Shown: positions 46,789-56,175 of the stretch, piece after piece
Layout of the letters: every line of letters begins with the position of its first letter
Position numbering within the stretch: the first letter of the stretch is position 1
From: Fidelibacterota bacterium
GTDB taxonomy: Bacteria; Fidelibacterota; Marinisomatia; Marinisomatales; JABMOV01
Assembly: GCA_013203145.1 (NCBI GenBank)
Contig: JABMOV010000139.1
Span: 9,898-73,897, forward strand
Direction of reading: 5' to 3'
Length of the DNA stretch: 64,000 bases
Position numbers and translations under genes: made by a program
The notes under the pieces: generated by a model
What the model was told of the DNA's origin: nothing
Databases searched by the model: none
Seen by the model: the letters and a program-made list of their open reading frames with translations, nothing else

Positions 46789-47372
46789 TCTTCCTTCTCC
46801 ATGATACCATAAAAGAAGAATGATGTTAAGTCCCTTGTAAGCGTGTACGTGTCAGCATATTTATCCAGCAAAACCGGGTCGCGGACAATTTCATTCATTT
46901 TGTTCAGGAAGTAGGAAATAAAACTGATACTCACTGATTTTCTAATAAATCCCTTTTTTTGCGCGTCTTCTAACATTGTAAGGAATTCCAACTGAATCCG
47001 ACGACTCCAACCAGATATCAACTGTTGTACTTTGGGTGAATATGAAATCCAGTCCAGATAAAATTCTTTACTGAGGGTTTTGCCATATTCGAGTTTAAAA
47101 GCGATGAAGCGTTCTATTTTTTCTGCAAAGGGAATATCCTCATTCATGATGGTGCGATATTTCTCTTCACCATCATGTAACATTTTCTCAATAAGGGTAA
47201 ATGCCAGATCTTCTTTATTTGAAAAATATTTATAGAACGTGACTTTACTGACAGATGATGTTTTGCAGATTTCTTCGATTGAGACCCGGCGAATTCCATA
47301 CTTTGAAAACAATTCCATAGCAGTTGAAACAAGTTGAGTATATTTTTTTGTAGGAGATTTTGCTTCAGGCAT
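46785..47372 (-). CDS. TetR/AcrR-family transcriptional regulator
   Basis: 195 aa with the N-terminal HTH FSKYGIRRVSIEEICKTSSVSKVTFYKYF. Confidence 0.9.
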   Translation of the reverse strand: MPEAKSPTKKYTQLVSTAMELFSKYGIRRVSIEEICKTSSVSKVTFYKYFSNKEDLAFTLIEKMLHDGEEKYRTIMNEDIPFAEKIERFIAFKLEYGKTLSKEFYLDWISYSPKVQQLISGWSRRIQLEFLTMLEDAQKKGFIRKSVSISFISYFLNKMNEIVRDPVLLDKYADTYTLTRDLTSFFFYGIMEKEE

Positions 47373-47550
47373 AGGTTTACGAAATGTTACATTAATTACT
47401 ACAAACGTTAACTAATATTATAAATAGTAAACTATGCGTTTCAAGGATAATCGTGTTTTGTTGGAATAAATTGTTCTTTAAGTCAAGAGTGTAACCATTA
47501 ATATAGAATTACATCTACCATATATAATCACAACAACGATAGGTCAAGCA

Positions 47551-47940
47551 ATGGAAATGAAAATTCACTTTCCCGGTGGGAAAAAGGTATATGCCGACTA
47601 CGGCCAACACACAATTGAAACAGATCAACCTGTAAGAGGCGGAGGCGAAGATTCTGCCCCTGCGCCATTCGATTTGTTTCTGGCATCCATGGGAACCTGT
47701 GCAGGCATTTATGTATTAGGCTTTTGTCAGCAACGGGGAATTAATACTGAAGGTATGACCATAACTCAATCATTGGAGTTCAATCCTACAACACGTTTGG
47801 TTGGTCAGGTGAATTTAGAGATTAATTTACCAGAAGGTTTTCCAGATAAGTACAAATCTGCAATTATAAACGCAGCCAATTTATGCGCAGTTAAAAAACA
47901 CTTAGCCAATCCACCTACTTTCAACGTGACAGCTGAATAA
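47551..47940 (+). CDS. OsmC-family protein
   Basis: 129 aa with the pattern GGGEDSAPAPFDLFLASMGTCAG...LCAVKKH, carrying the two conserved Cys. Confidence 0.85.
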   Translation: MEMKIHFPGGKKVYADYGQHTIETDQPVRGGGEDSAPAPFDLFLASMGTCAGIYVLGFCQQRGINTEGMTITQSLEFNPTTRLVGQVNLEINLPEGFPDKYKSAIINAANLCAVKKHLANPPTFNVTAE

Positions 47941-47967
47941 ATATATTTATATACGTTACTCTCCATT

Positions 47968-48004
47968 CCCGACCTATTTGTAATAATGGGTCGGGTTTTT
48001 TATT
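47968..48004 (+). terminator. Rho-independent terminator after the OsmC gene
   Basis: The stem CCCGACC (47968-47974) pairs with GGTCGGG (47989-47995) and is followed by a T run (tttttta tttt). Confidence 0.8.
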
Positions 48005-48135
48005 TTGATTTATTTATGATCAGTATTTGAAGTTGAAATCAAACAATACGACTCAGTTTCATCCATTGCCATTTACCGAAGTGTATTATAATATCCATCA
48101 GTCAGAATAATTAATATTCTTACTTAGGAAAGGAA

Positions 48136-48495
48136 TTGGCATTGAAACCTGTATTAGATTCCAGTCGGCTCGAACAGTTAAAATCACTAGGTGGCCCAAA
48201 CTTGTTGGGACAAATGTGTGGATTATTTATAGAAAATGCACCGGATAGAGTAAAGGGTGTCCTCACTGGATGGAAAGAAAAAGATTTTAAACGCATCGAA
48301 CAAAGTGCCCATTCCTTGAAATCAAGTTCAGGAAACCTTGGCGCCATGGATCTCATGAATTTGTGTCAGATAATTGAATCAGCTGCAGAAAAATCCGATG
48401 AAACGACTCTGTCGGAAACTTTAGTGGAATTTGAAACAATGGCAAATGTTGTTCTAGATGCAGTAATACAGGAGAAAAAGACAACCGATGAGTAA
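48136..48495 (+). CDS. Hpt (histidine phosphotransfer) domain protein
   Basis: 119 aa with a TTG start after an AGGAAAGGAA RBS. The Hpt motif is SAHSLKSSSGNLGA. Confidence 0.8.
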   Translation: MALKPVLDSSRLEQLKSLGGPNLLGQMCGLFIENAPDRVKGVLTGWKEKDFKRIEQSAHSLKSSSGNLGAMDLMNLCQIIESAAEKSDETTLSETLVEFETMANVVLDAVIQEKKTTDE

Positions 48496-48856
48496 AAAAG
48501 TAGCAATAGTCGAAGATAATCCTGATAACCTCCTATTGGTTCAAGCACTTCTTGGAAATCGATACGATATCGTTGCTTACCAAGATAGTTATGAGGCACT
48601 CAATAAATTGAAAAATGAACAACCAGATATCATTTTGATGGATATCTCTATGCCAGTATTAGATGGTGTCGAATTATTGAAGAAACTAAGAGTAGACGAA
48701 AGCACAAAAGATATTCCTGTTATTGCGCTCACAGCCCACGCTATGGAAGGAGATAGGGAAAAATATATTTCCCTTGGGTTTAATGATTATTTGGCAAAAC
48801 CGATATTTGATGAAAATTTACTCTTTGGGGCAATAGAATCAAATTTACCAGGTTAG
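48488..48856 (+). CDS. Single-domain response regulator (CheY-like REC)
   Basis: 122 aa with VEDNPDN, DIILMDISMP, ALTAHA and KP. Confidence 0.9.
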   Translation: MSKKVAIVEDNPDNLLLVQALLGNRYDIVAYQDSYEALNKLKNEQPDIILMDISMPVLDGVELLKKLRVDESTKDIPVIALTAHAMEGDREKYISLGFNDYLAKPIFDENLLFGAIESNLPG

Positions 48857-48859
48857 TAA

Positions 48860-51472
48860 ATGAGCATTGACGTTACCGTTGAATCTATTAGGGCTTTTAT
48901 CCTAATAGCCATTTTTGGCTACTTGTTATATAATGGGAGGAAACGCGGTGTTTACAACCATAAGGGATGGAATTCTCTGGTTGCTGGTTTTGCACTGATT
49001 TTTGTGGGCTCAATTATAGATGTCACAGATAATTTTCCAGAATTAAATAAATACATATTCATTGGTGACACTCCCGCCCAGGCTATTTTAGAAAAGCTTG
49101 TTTTCTCTCTTGGTGGTTTCATGCTGCTCTATTATGGATTCCGTGAATGGCTACCTTATGTGGCTCGATTTCAGGACATTGAAGTGGAGAAACGATATCG
49201 CAGTATTATTGAAAAATCTACTGATATTGTTTATACAGCTGATATAGAAGGGTATTTTACATATGTAAACCCGGTTGCAGCAAAATTAACGGGTTATTCA
49301 GAAGAAGAGCTAATGACAATGCGTTTTACCGACTTGGTCGATCACGATTATCGCGACTATGTAAATGCACATTATTACGAACAGTTTAAAGAAAAGAGAC
49401 CTGAAACAATTTGCACGTTTCCTATCCATACCAAAGAAAACGATCGGAGATGGGTTGAGCAAGTAGTCACTCTTCAGTTAAAAGATAACCAAATTTCAGG
49501 ATTTCAAAGTATTGTGCGGGATATTACTGAGCGGTATTTAACCGAGGAAGCTCTTATTGAGAGTGAAGAGAAATATCGAACACTTACATCTAATTTACAT
49601 GTAGGTATTTTTAGAACGACCCCTGGGCCAGACGGTGATTTTCTTGAAATAAACCCAGGATTCTTGTCCATTTTTGGATTTGCTTCAAAATCCGAATTAA
49701 TGGAAAATAGAGTCTCTGATATTTACTTTGAGCCAAACGATCGCAAAGAATTTGACAAAGCAATGCGATTAAAAGGCAAGGTCACAGACCGCGAAATAAA
49801 ATATCAAAGAAAGGATGGATCTACATTTGTAGGCTCACTATCTGCGATTGCTGTCAAAGATGAAAAAGACGATGTACTCTACTATGATGGATTTGTAGAA
49901 GATATTACCGAGCGAAAAGAAGCCGAGAGAGCCTTGATTCTCGCAAAATTAGAAGCTGAAGCATCAAGTGCTTCTAAAAGTGAATTTCTGGCAAATATGA
50001 GTCATGAACTACGCACTCCGCTTAACTCAGTCATTGGGTTTTCCAATATCCTGATAAAAAACCAGGCTGGGACTTTTAGTGAATCTGATTTGAATTTTCT
50101 CAATCGAATTAGTGAAAATGGGAAACATCTGCTGGGTAATATTAATGATATATTAGATTTATCTAAGGTTGAAGCGGGCAAAATGGAAGTACAGCTTTCG
50201 AAAGTGAACCTGCAAGAACTTATAATTCAGACGCTTTCCAAATTTGAACCACAAATTGCCGGGAAACCAATTGAGCTGACAAATGAAGGCCCTGAAGAAG
50301 TTCTATGGCTTAATACGGATGAAGCCAAACTAAAACAAATCATTATAAATTTAATTAGCAATGCGATAAAATTCACAGAATCAGGACAGATTTCAATTAC
50401 TGTAATACCTTATGAACTTTCTAATTCACCACAATTCATTCATGTGAAAGACACTGGTATTGGGATTCGTAAAGAACAAATTGATACAATTTTTGATAGC
50501 TTCAAACAAGCCGATACCAGCAGTACTCGCAAATTTGGCGGCACGGGACTTGGATTAACATTATGTAAACAATTTTCAAATTTGCTTGGACTGTCATTAT
50601 CTGTTACAAGCAATGTTGGGAAAGGATCTCAGTTTACTATTGAAATCCCTGAGCAAAAGAGCGATAGCGACATTTATCCGGAAATCTCATTATCAAAAAA
50701 ATTGTCAAGTGCTGAACATGTAGATATGACAGGCAAGAAGATTCTTGTCGTTGACGATGACAAAGACTCGGCATTCTTAATAACAAAAATCATTAACGAG
50801 TATGGAGCTGAAACGATTGAAGCTTATAATGGAGCAGACGCAATCAAGTTGGCAGAGGAAGAACAACCGGATCTAATTTCTTTAGATTTAGAGCTTCCTG
50901 ATATACCCGGCTGGGAAATATTAAAGCAATTAAAAAACAATCCCGCAACAAGTTCTATACCTGTGATTATCGTGAGTATTGTTGCCAAGGAGAAAAAGGG
51001 CTCTATTCTTGGTGCTATGGATTACATACAAAAACCAGTAGACAGGTCAGAATTGTATTCCGCGATTAATCGAAATTTGGATCGACCACCAACTTCTGTA
51101 TTAATTGTGGATGATGATTTAGCTGCACGCAAGCAAATAACCTATAGCTTAAAACCCTTTGGTGTTAATCTGATAGAAGCCATGGATGGTATACATGCCA
51201 AGGAATATATTGATCAAGGTGGATCTCCTGATGTCATCATTTTGGATTTAGCGTTACCCAGAATGAATGGATTATCTTTTTTTAAACATGTGCGCCAAAT
51301 CGGAAAATTAAAGCAAGTCCCGGTAATTATTGTTACATCAAAAGATCTTGATCAGGATGAAAAAAAGTATTTTGAGAATGAAGCACGAGCGGTAGTTCAA
51401 AAGGGACCAGAATTGATAACGGAATTACGCCATTTGTTTAAACCGTTAATAGAATTGGGAGGGGTAACGTGA
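48860..51472 (+). CDS. Hybrid sensor histidine kinase (TM sensor, 2 PAS, HisKA, HATPase_c, 2 REC)
   Basis: 870 aa with the H-box MSHELRTPLN, the N box NLISNAIKFT, G boxes DTGIGI and GGTGLGL, then two receiver domains (VVDDDKDS...DLELPD; IVDDDLAA...DLALPR). Confidence 0.92.
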   Translation: MSIDVTVESIRAFILIAIFGYLLYNGRKRGVYNHKGWNSLVAGFALIFVGSIIDVTDNFPELNKYIFIGDTPAQAILEKLVFSLGGFMLLYYGFREWLPYVARFQDIEVEKRYRSIIEKSTDIVYTADIEGYFTYVNPVAAKLTGYSEEELMTMRFTDLVDHDYRDYVNAHYYEQFKEKRPETICTFPIHTKENDRRWVEQVVTLQLKDNQISGFQSIVRDITERYLTEEALIESEEKYRTLTSNLHVGIFRTTPGPDGDFLEINPGFLSIFGFASKSELMENRVSDIYFEPNDRKEFDKAMRLKGKVTDREIKYQRKDGSTFVGSLSAIAVKDEKDDVLYYDGFVEDITERKEAERALILAKLEAEASSASKSEFLANMSHELRTPLNSVIGFSNILIKNQAGTFSESDLNFLNRISENGKHLLGNINDILDLSKVEAGKMEVQLSKVNLQELIIQTLSKFEPQIAGKPIELTNEGPEEVLWLNTDEAKLKQIIINLISNAIKFTESGQISITVIPYELSNSPQFIHVKDTGIGIRKEQIDTIFDSFKQADTSSTRKFGGTGLGLTLCKQFSNLLGLSLSVTSNVGKGSQFTIEIPEQKSDSDIYPEISLSKKLSSAEHVDMTGKKILVVDDDKDSAFLITKIINEYGAETIEAYNGADAIKLAEEEQPDLISLDLELPDIPGWEILKQLKNNPATSSIPVIIVSIVAKEKKGSILGAMDYIQKPVDRSELYSAINRNLDRPPTSVLIVDDDLAARKQITYSLKPFGVNLIEAMDGIHAKEYIDQGGSPDVIILDLALPRMNGLSFFKHVRQIGKLKQVPVIIVTSKDLDQDEKKYFENEARAVVQKGPELITELRHLFKPLIELGGVT

Positions 51473-53328
51473 ATATCAAGCAACATTTTATACAAGGATT
51501 AATGCCAAGATTAGATGCGTTGAATGCTTCAAGAGAACACCTGAAAACGAATAAAGAAGAGGCTGAGAAATCTATTCGAAGGATTGCGCATATTTTACGA
51601 GGATCTGGGGGCACGTTTGGTTTTCAGGATGTAACCGATATGGCAGGAAAAGTAGAAGATGCTACATCAGAAAATATGTTACAAGCCCTGTCGGGTCTCA
51701 TCCGGCTATTGACAACTCTTATCACAGAACAAGATGTCATTCATATCCAAAATCCAACCCAGATTCATTCAAAGGATGAATTACCCGTACATTTTTTATT
51801 ACCAGCCAATTTGGACGAATCATCCTATATTTTGAAAATGATTGCAAAGGATTCAAAGGGTCGCCAAGCAACAAAAACCATAAGTACAATTATAGTAGAT
51901 TACCAGTGGCGTGATGAAATGAATGAAGCATTGGATACTTCCTCAACGGTATTCAATAATGGGAAAACTCAACGCATTGAAGTGAATTTTACAAGTCCAG
52001 GTTTTCCATTAGAAATCAGCTTTAAACTTTATAATTCAGCAAAGCATCGGCAACTTCCTATTTTGCTTGTAGAAGACACCCCGGAGGATGCACTTATAGC
52101 GAAATCAGTATTGAACCAGGCCAATTATGAAGTTATTCATACGGAGACAGCAGAAGAAGCCAAGAAAATAATGGCCCAAAAACAGATATCAATGGTCATC
52201 CTTGATTTAATGTTAGACGATTTTGACGGTCGAGATTTTCTAATTCAGTTAAAAAGCAATCAGGTAACGGAAAATATCCCAGCGATTATATTATCTTCTA
52301 AAACAGATACACAGACAAAAACGGAATGTCTTGCTTTAGGCGCCAATGCCTATTTTGAAAAACCCTTGGATCCTGATTTACTATTAGCGACAATTTCGGC
52401 TCATCTAAATATGAGTCAAAAACACCAAATGGAATCACGGTATGACACGCTTACTGAATTACCAAATCGTGTCGCTTTTAAAGAGGAATATAGCCGGACT
52501 TTGGCATCCATGGAACGAAGAACAATGAAGGTTTTTTCAGTGGGGATGGTTGATTTTGATTATTTTAAACGTGTGAATGATAAATATGGTCATGAAATTG
52601 GCGACAAAGTTCTTTATTACGTTTCCAATTTCATTAAAACGAATCTAAGAAAATCAGACGTCACTGCACGTTGGGGAGGGGAAGAGTTTGCCATTTTATT
52701 TCCCAATACAGATGCCAAAGGTGCAAAACAAGCTCTCGACAAAGTTCGGGCGCAATTAAAGAAACAACCGTTCTCAATGTCCAGCGAAATAACGATTCCC
52801 ATCAATATTTCAGGTGGTATTATCGCTGTTACAGAATCAACTCCAATGGAAGCAGCAATTTCAAGAGCAGATAATTATCTATATAAAGCAAAAGAAACCG
52901 GTCGTGATATGGTTCTGACAGAATCAGACAAAATTGTGCAAGCGGTAAAAGAGATTGTACTGGTTGACGATGATGATATCACAGCAGAATTTGTTCAACA
53001 TCGATTAGAAAAAGAAGGATACAACGTTCAACGATTTAATAACGGACAAGATGCCTATAATGCACTAAAAGAACTCACTCCATCTTTGATTATAACAGAT
53101 GTAAAAATGCCCGGAATGGATGGATTTGAATTATTGAATCGTCTCCGCAATACACCAGGTCTAATCGAAACGCCAATAATAATGCTTACATCTATTGGTA
53201 AAGAAAAGGATATTGCCCGCGGATTAAATAGTGGTGCGAACGATTACATTATAAAACCATTCTCAGCGACGGAATTGCTTGCCCGTATTGATCGCTTATT
53301 ACGTAAACATGAAAATATTAATTATTGA
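51469..53328 (+). CDS. Hpt-like / REC / GGDEF / REC diguanylate cyclase
   Basis: 619 aa. It has an N-terminal Hpt-like motif (IAHILRGSGGTFGF), an unassigned ~100-aa middle segment, a REC domain (LLVEDTPED...LDLMLDD), a GGDEF domain with an intact active site (RWGGEEFAILF) and a C-terminal REC domain (LVDDDDI...TDVKMPGMDG). Confidence 0.9.
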   Translation: MNIKQHFIQGLMPRLDALNASREHLKTNKEEAEKSIRRIAHILRGSGGTFGFQDVTDMAGKVEDATSENMLQALSGLIRLLTTLITEQDVIHIQNPTQIHSKDELPVHFLLPANLDESSYILKMIAKDSKGRQATKTISTIIVDYQWRDEMNEALDTSSTVFNNGKTQRIEVNFTSPGFPLEISFKLYNSAKHRQLPILLVEDTPEDALIAKSVLNQANYEVIHTETAEEAKKIMAQKQISMVILDLMLDDFDGRDFLIQLKSNQVTENIPAIILSSKTDTQTKTECLALGANAYFEKPLDPDLLLATISAHLNMSQKHQMESRYDTLTELPNRVAFKEEYSRTLASMERRTMKVFSVGMVDFDYFKRVNDKYGHEIGDKVLYYVSNFIKTNLRKSDVTARWGGEEFAILFPNTDAKGAKQALDKVRAQLKKQPFSMSSEITIPINISGGIIAVTESTPMEAAISRADNYLYKAKETGRDMVLTESDKIVQAVKEIVLVDDDDITAEFVQHRLEKEGYNVQRFNNGQDAYNALKELTPSLIITDVKMPGMDGFELLNRLRNTPGLIETPIIMLTSIGKEKDIARGLNSGANDYIIKPFSATELLARIDRLLRKHENINY

Positions 53329-53683
53329 CGATGATCCGGACATACGTCTGGTTATTCGGCTAACCCTCTCGACCTATGAATCGATTACCATATTTGAAGC
53401 TGAAAATATAAATGAAGCTTTGGAATGTGTACGTAAAGAATTGCCAGATGTAATCCTGTTGGATTATCATTTAGAATCCATAACGGGGGATGAAGTTCTA
53501 AAGGAAATTTTATTATTACCGCAAGGAGAAAAAAGTAAAACCATTTTTCTGACAGCCAAAACGTCCCATGATATATTAGAGTCTTTACATAAACTTCCCA
53601 TTGTTGGGATTATCAACAAGCCATTTGATATAAACACTTTTGCTGATGAATTATTTGCGATGGTAGGCCATCCTCATGTTTAA
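53309..53683 (+). CDS. Single-domain response regulator
   Basis: The in-frame ATG at 53309 gives MKILIIDDDPD, whereas the track start at 53279 would overlap the previous gene by 50 nt. It carries LLDYHL...LTAK...KPF. Confidence 0.85.
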   Translation: MKILIIDDDPDIRLVIRLTLSTYESITIFEAENINEALECVRKELPDVILLDYHLESITGDEVLKEILLLPQGEKSKTIFLTAKTSHDILESLHKLPIVGIINKPFDINTFADELFAMVGHPHV

Positions 53684-54752
53684 ACAATTTCTTCCTGAAC
53701 ATATCGAATTAACAAATGTTGAGATTACCCTCATCATACTTGTTATTCTGGTTTTTGTGCTATTGGGGATTGCTTTGTTATTAGCATTAATGACCATTTA
53801 TCTGCGATTCCGCAACATGGCCATGTCCAAACGTTGGCGCAAACTCGAGGAAAAATGGAATTCAATCATTATTCAAATCATTTCCGAAAAGGTACCGATA
53901 GAGCGATTGACTGCAACAATTCATAAATCTGAAAAATTATACTTTATTCAATTTCTTATGCGCTTCGCTGAGAGATTTACGGGCAAAGAATTTAAAATTA
54001 TTGAGCAACTGGCCCGACCGTTTTTGCCCCTTATTGTGGAACGAAGTCAAGGAGGGAACCCTGAAAGGAGAGCTCGCGCAATCCAAACCTTGAGCGTATT
54101 AGGATTTGATGAATTTTCGTATTCCATTGTCAAATCATTAGACGATGAATCTCCCATGGTTGCTATGGTGGCTGCCCGTTCGTTAGCTAGAAAAGATTAT
54201 TCGGATTATATAAAATTTATATTACCCAGAATGGATCGTTTTGAAAATTGGAGCCTGAACTATTTTTCTTCACTTCTAACCAGTTTTGGTCCTGGCGCAT
54301 TAAAAGAAATCCGCAATACCTACGGAGACCCGGCACAATCAAGCAGGATTCGTGTAGCCTGTATGTCGGCGATGCGTAACTTATCTGATTTAGAAGGAGT
54401 ACCCGTTGCTCAGAGGGTATTGGGTGAAACCGATGATATTGAACTCTTAGCCACAACACTACGATTTATCAAAAAAATGGGTTCACAAAAACAGCATGAT
54501 GCTGTTAGACCGCTCATTGAGCATAAAGATTTTATTGTGCGTGCAAACGCGCTTTCAGCTTTAGGCCGAATCGGATCAACGGCAGATGAAGTATGTTTAA
54601 AAAAAGGACTTGAGGATGATTCAAATTGGGTCGCAGTCCATGCCGCAAAAGCACTATTACTACTTGGGATGAAGCGAGCTTTAGAGTTAATTGCCGATTC
54701 GAATCATCCCAGGGCTAATCTGGCAAATCAAGTTTTAACTGAGAACGTGTAA
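53676..54752 (+). CDS. Membrane-anchored HEAT-repeat protein
   Basis: 358 aa with an N-terminal TM and repeated HEAT/PBS-lyase-like units (PERRARAIQTLSVLG, SPMVAMVAARSLA, FIVRANALSALGRIG, NWVAVHAAKALLLLG). Confidence 0.7.
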   Translation: MFKQFLPEHIELTNVEITLIILVILVFVLLGIALLLALMTIYLRFRNMAMSKRWRKLEEKWNSIIIQIISEKVPIERLTATIHKSEKLYFIQFLMRFAERFTGKEFKIIEQLARPFLPLIVERSQGGNPERRARAIQTLSVLGFDEFSYSIVKSLDDESPMVAMVAARSLARKDYSDYIKFILPRMDRFENWSLNYFSSLLTSFGPGALKEIRNTYGDPAQSSRIRVACMSAMRNLSDLEGVPVAQRVLGETDDIELLATTLRFIKKMGSQKQHDAVRPLIEHKDFIVRANALSALGRIGSTADEVCLKKGLEDDSNWVAVHAAKALLLLGMKRALELIADSNHPRANLANQVLTENV

Positions 54753-54753
54753 G

Positions 54754-56175
54754 ATGACGTTATTTATTCGTCTTACACAAATTATTATTGAATCCTTCAA
54801 TGTAATTGTACTGTTTTATTTTATTTCGCTCAATTTCTTCTATTTATTGACCAGCATTATTTCTTTTAAATCATTACGAGCATATTCCTTCAGATTGAAA
54901 GCCATCAATCTGGAGGACCTCATCCGCGATGCTGGAGCCCCTCCAGTAACGTTAATTGCACCAGCATACAATGAGGAACCCACGTGTGTGGAATCCACCC
55001 GTGCATTGCTAACATTGAACTATCCAGAATTTGAAATTATAGTGGTAAACGACGGCTCAAAGGATAATACACTGCGAAGCATGATTGACGCTTTTGACAT
55101 GAATCCGGTTCATCGAGCTCGAGTGTCCTTTCTGGAATCAGCAACAGTACGAGGGATATATAGAAGTGCCTACCAACCAAATCTATGGCTTATAGACAAA
55201 GAAAATGGCGGAAAAGCAGATGCATTAAATACGGGGTTAAACTTTTGTCGTACACCGCTTTTTTGTGCCATGGATGCTGATAGTATTTTAGAAAGTGATT
55301 CTTTACTGCGAATTGTTCGACCTTTTTTAGAAGATGCACACACCATCGCCGCAGGGGGCATAATTCGTATAATAAATGATTGTACAATCAAACATGGAAG
55401 CGTTACACAGGTACGATTACCAAAAAAGTTTTTAGCCAAGTTTCAAGTACTTGAATATTTACGAGCTTATTTGTCCGGAAGAATGGGATGGAGCACTTTA
55501 AAAGCGACTCTTATTATATCCGGAGCCTTTGGCATTTTTAAACGCGAAATGGTGGTAGATGTCGGTGGATACAACACAGATACCGTTGGTGAAGATATGG
55601 AACTCATTGTAAAGCTGCATCGCCATTGTAAAGAAAATGATATTAAATATTCTATTAATTTTGTACCTGATCCCGTGGCATGGACAGAATGTCCCGAATC
55701 CATAAAAATCCTTGGACGCCAAAGAGACCGTTGGCAACGTGGTTTATACGAAGTGCTAACTCAGCATCGGAAAATGCTTTTTAACCCAAAATACGGGCGC
55801 ATTGGAATGTTGGCATATCCTTATTTCTATTTTTTGGAGATGTTGGGTCCTGCCATTGAATTTCCAGGGTACATTTTATTTATTGTAGCAATGATCATGG
55901 GCACAATATCAGTTCCGTATATGTTGGCATTCTTTTCTGTAGCTTTCGTTTTTGGTATCGCGCTTTCCATTTCTTCTGTTGCTCTAGAAGAATTAACTTT
56001 CCGGCGGTATCCAAGGATGCGCGATCTATTCCAGCTGTTTGGTTTGGCAATTCTTGAAAACTTTGGTTACAGACAATTAACTATCTATTGGAGAATTCAT
56101 GGACTGATCTCTGCCATGCGAAATGTTAAGGGTTGGGGTCAAATGGAACGGAAAGGATTTAAAACAGAATTATAA
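54754..56175 (+). CDS. Processive family-2 glycosyltransferase (PgaC/IcaA/NfrB-like polysaccharide synthase)
   Basis: 473 aa with TMs flanking a GT2 domain: APAYNEE, VNDGSKD, AMDADS, VGEDMEL and the QxxRW motif (GRQRDRWQRG). Confidence 0.9.
   Translation: MTLFIRLTQIIIESFNVIVLFYFISLNFFYLLTSIISFKSLRAYSFRLKAINLEDLIRDAGAPPVTLIAPAYNEEPTCVESTRALLTLNYPEFEIIVVNDGSKDNTLRSMIDAFDMNPVHRARVSFLESATVRGIYRSAYQPNLWLIDKENGGKADALNTGLNFCRTPLFCAMDADSILESDSLLRIVRPFLEDAHTIAAGGIIRIINDCTIKHGSVTQVRLPKKFLAKFQVLEYLRAYLSGRMGWSTLKATLIISGAFGIFKREMVVDVGGYNTDTVGEDMELIVKLHRHCKENDIKYSINFVPDPVAWTECPESIKILGRQRDRWQRGLYEVLTQHRKMLFNPKYGRIGMLAYPYFYFLEMLGPAIEFPGYILFIVAMIMGTISVPYMLAFFSVAFVFGIALSISSVALEELTFRRYPRMRDLFQLFGLAILENFGYRQLTIYWRIHGLISAMRNVKGWGQMERKGFKTEL

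Noticed and set aside
53279-53308. Upstream Met for the 134-aa response-regulator ORF
   Set aside because: It would overlap the cyclase gene by 50 nt and add a non-REC leader. The ATG at 53309 gives the canonical MKILIIDDD start.
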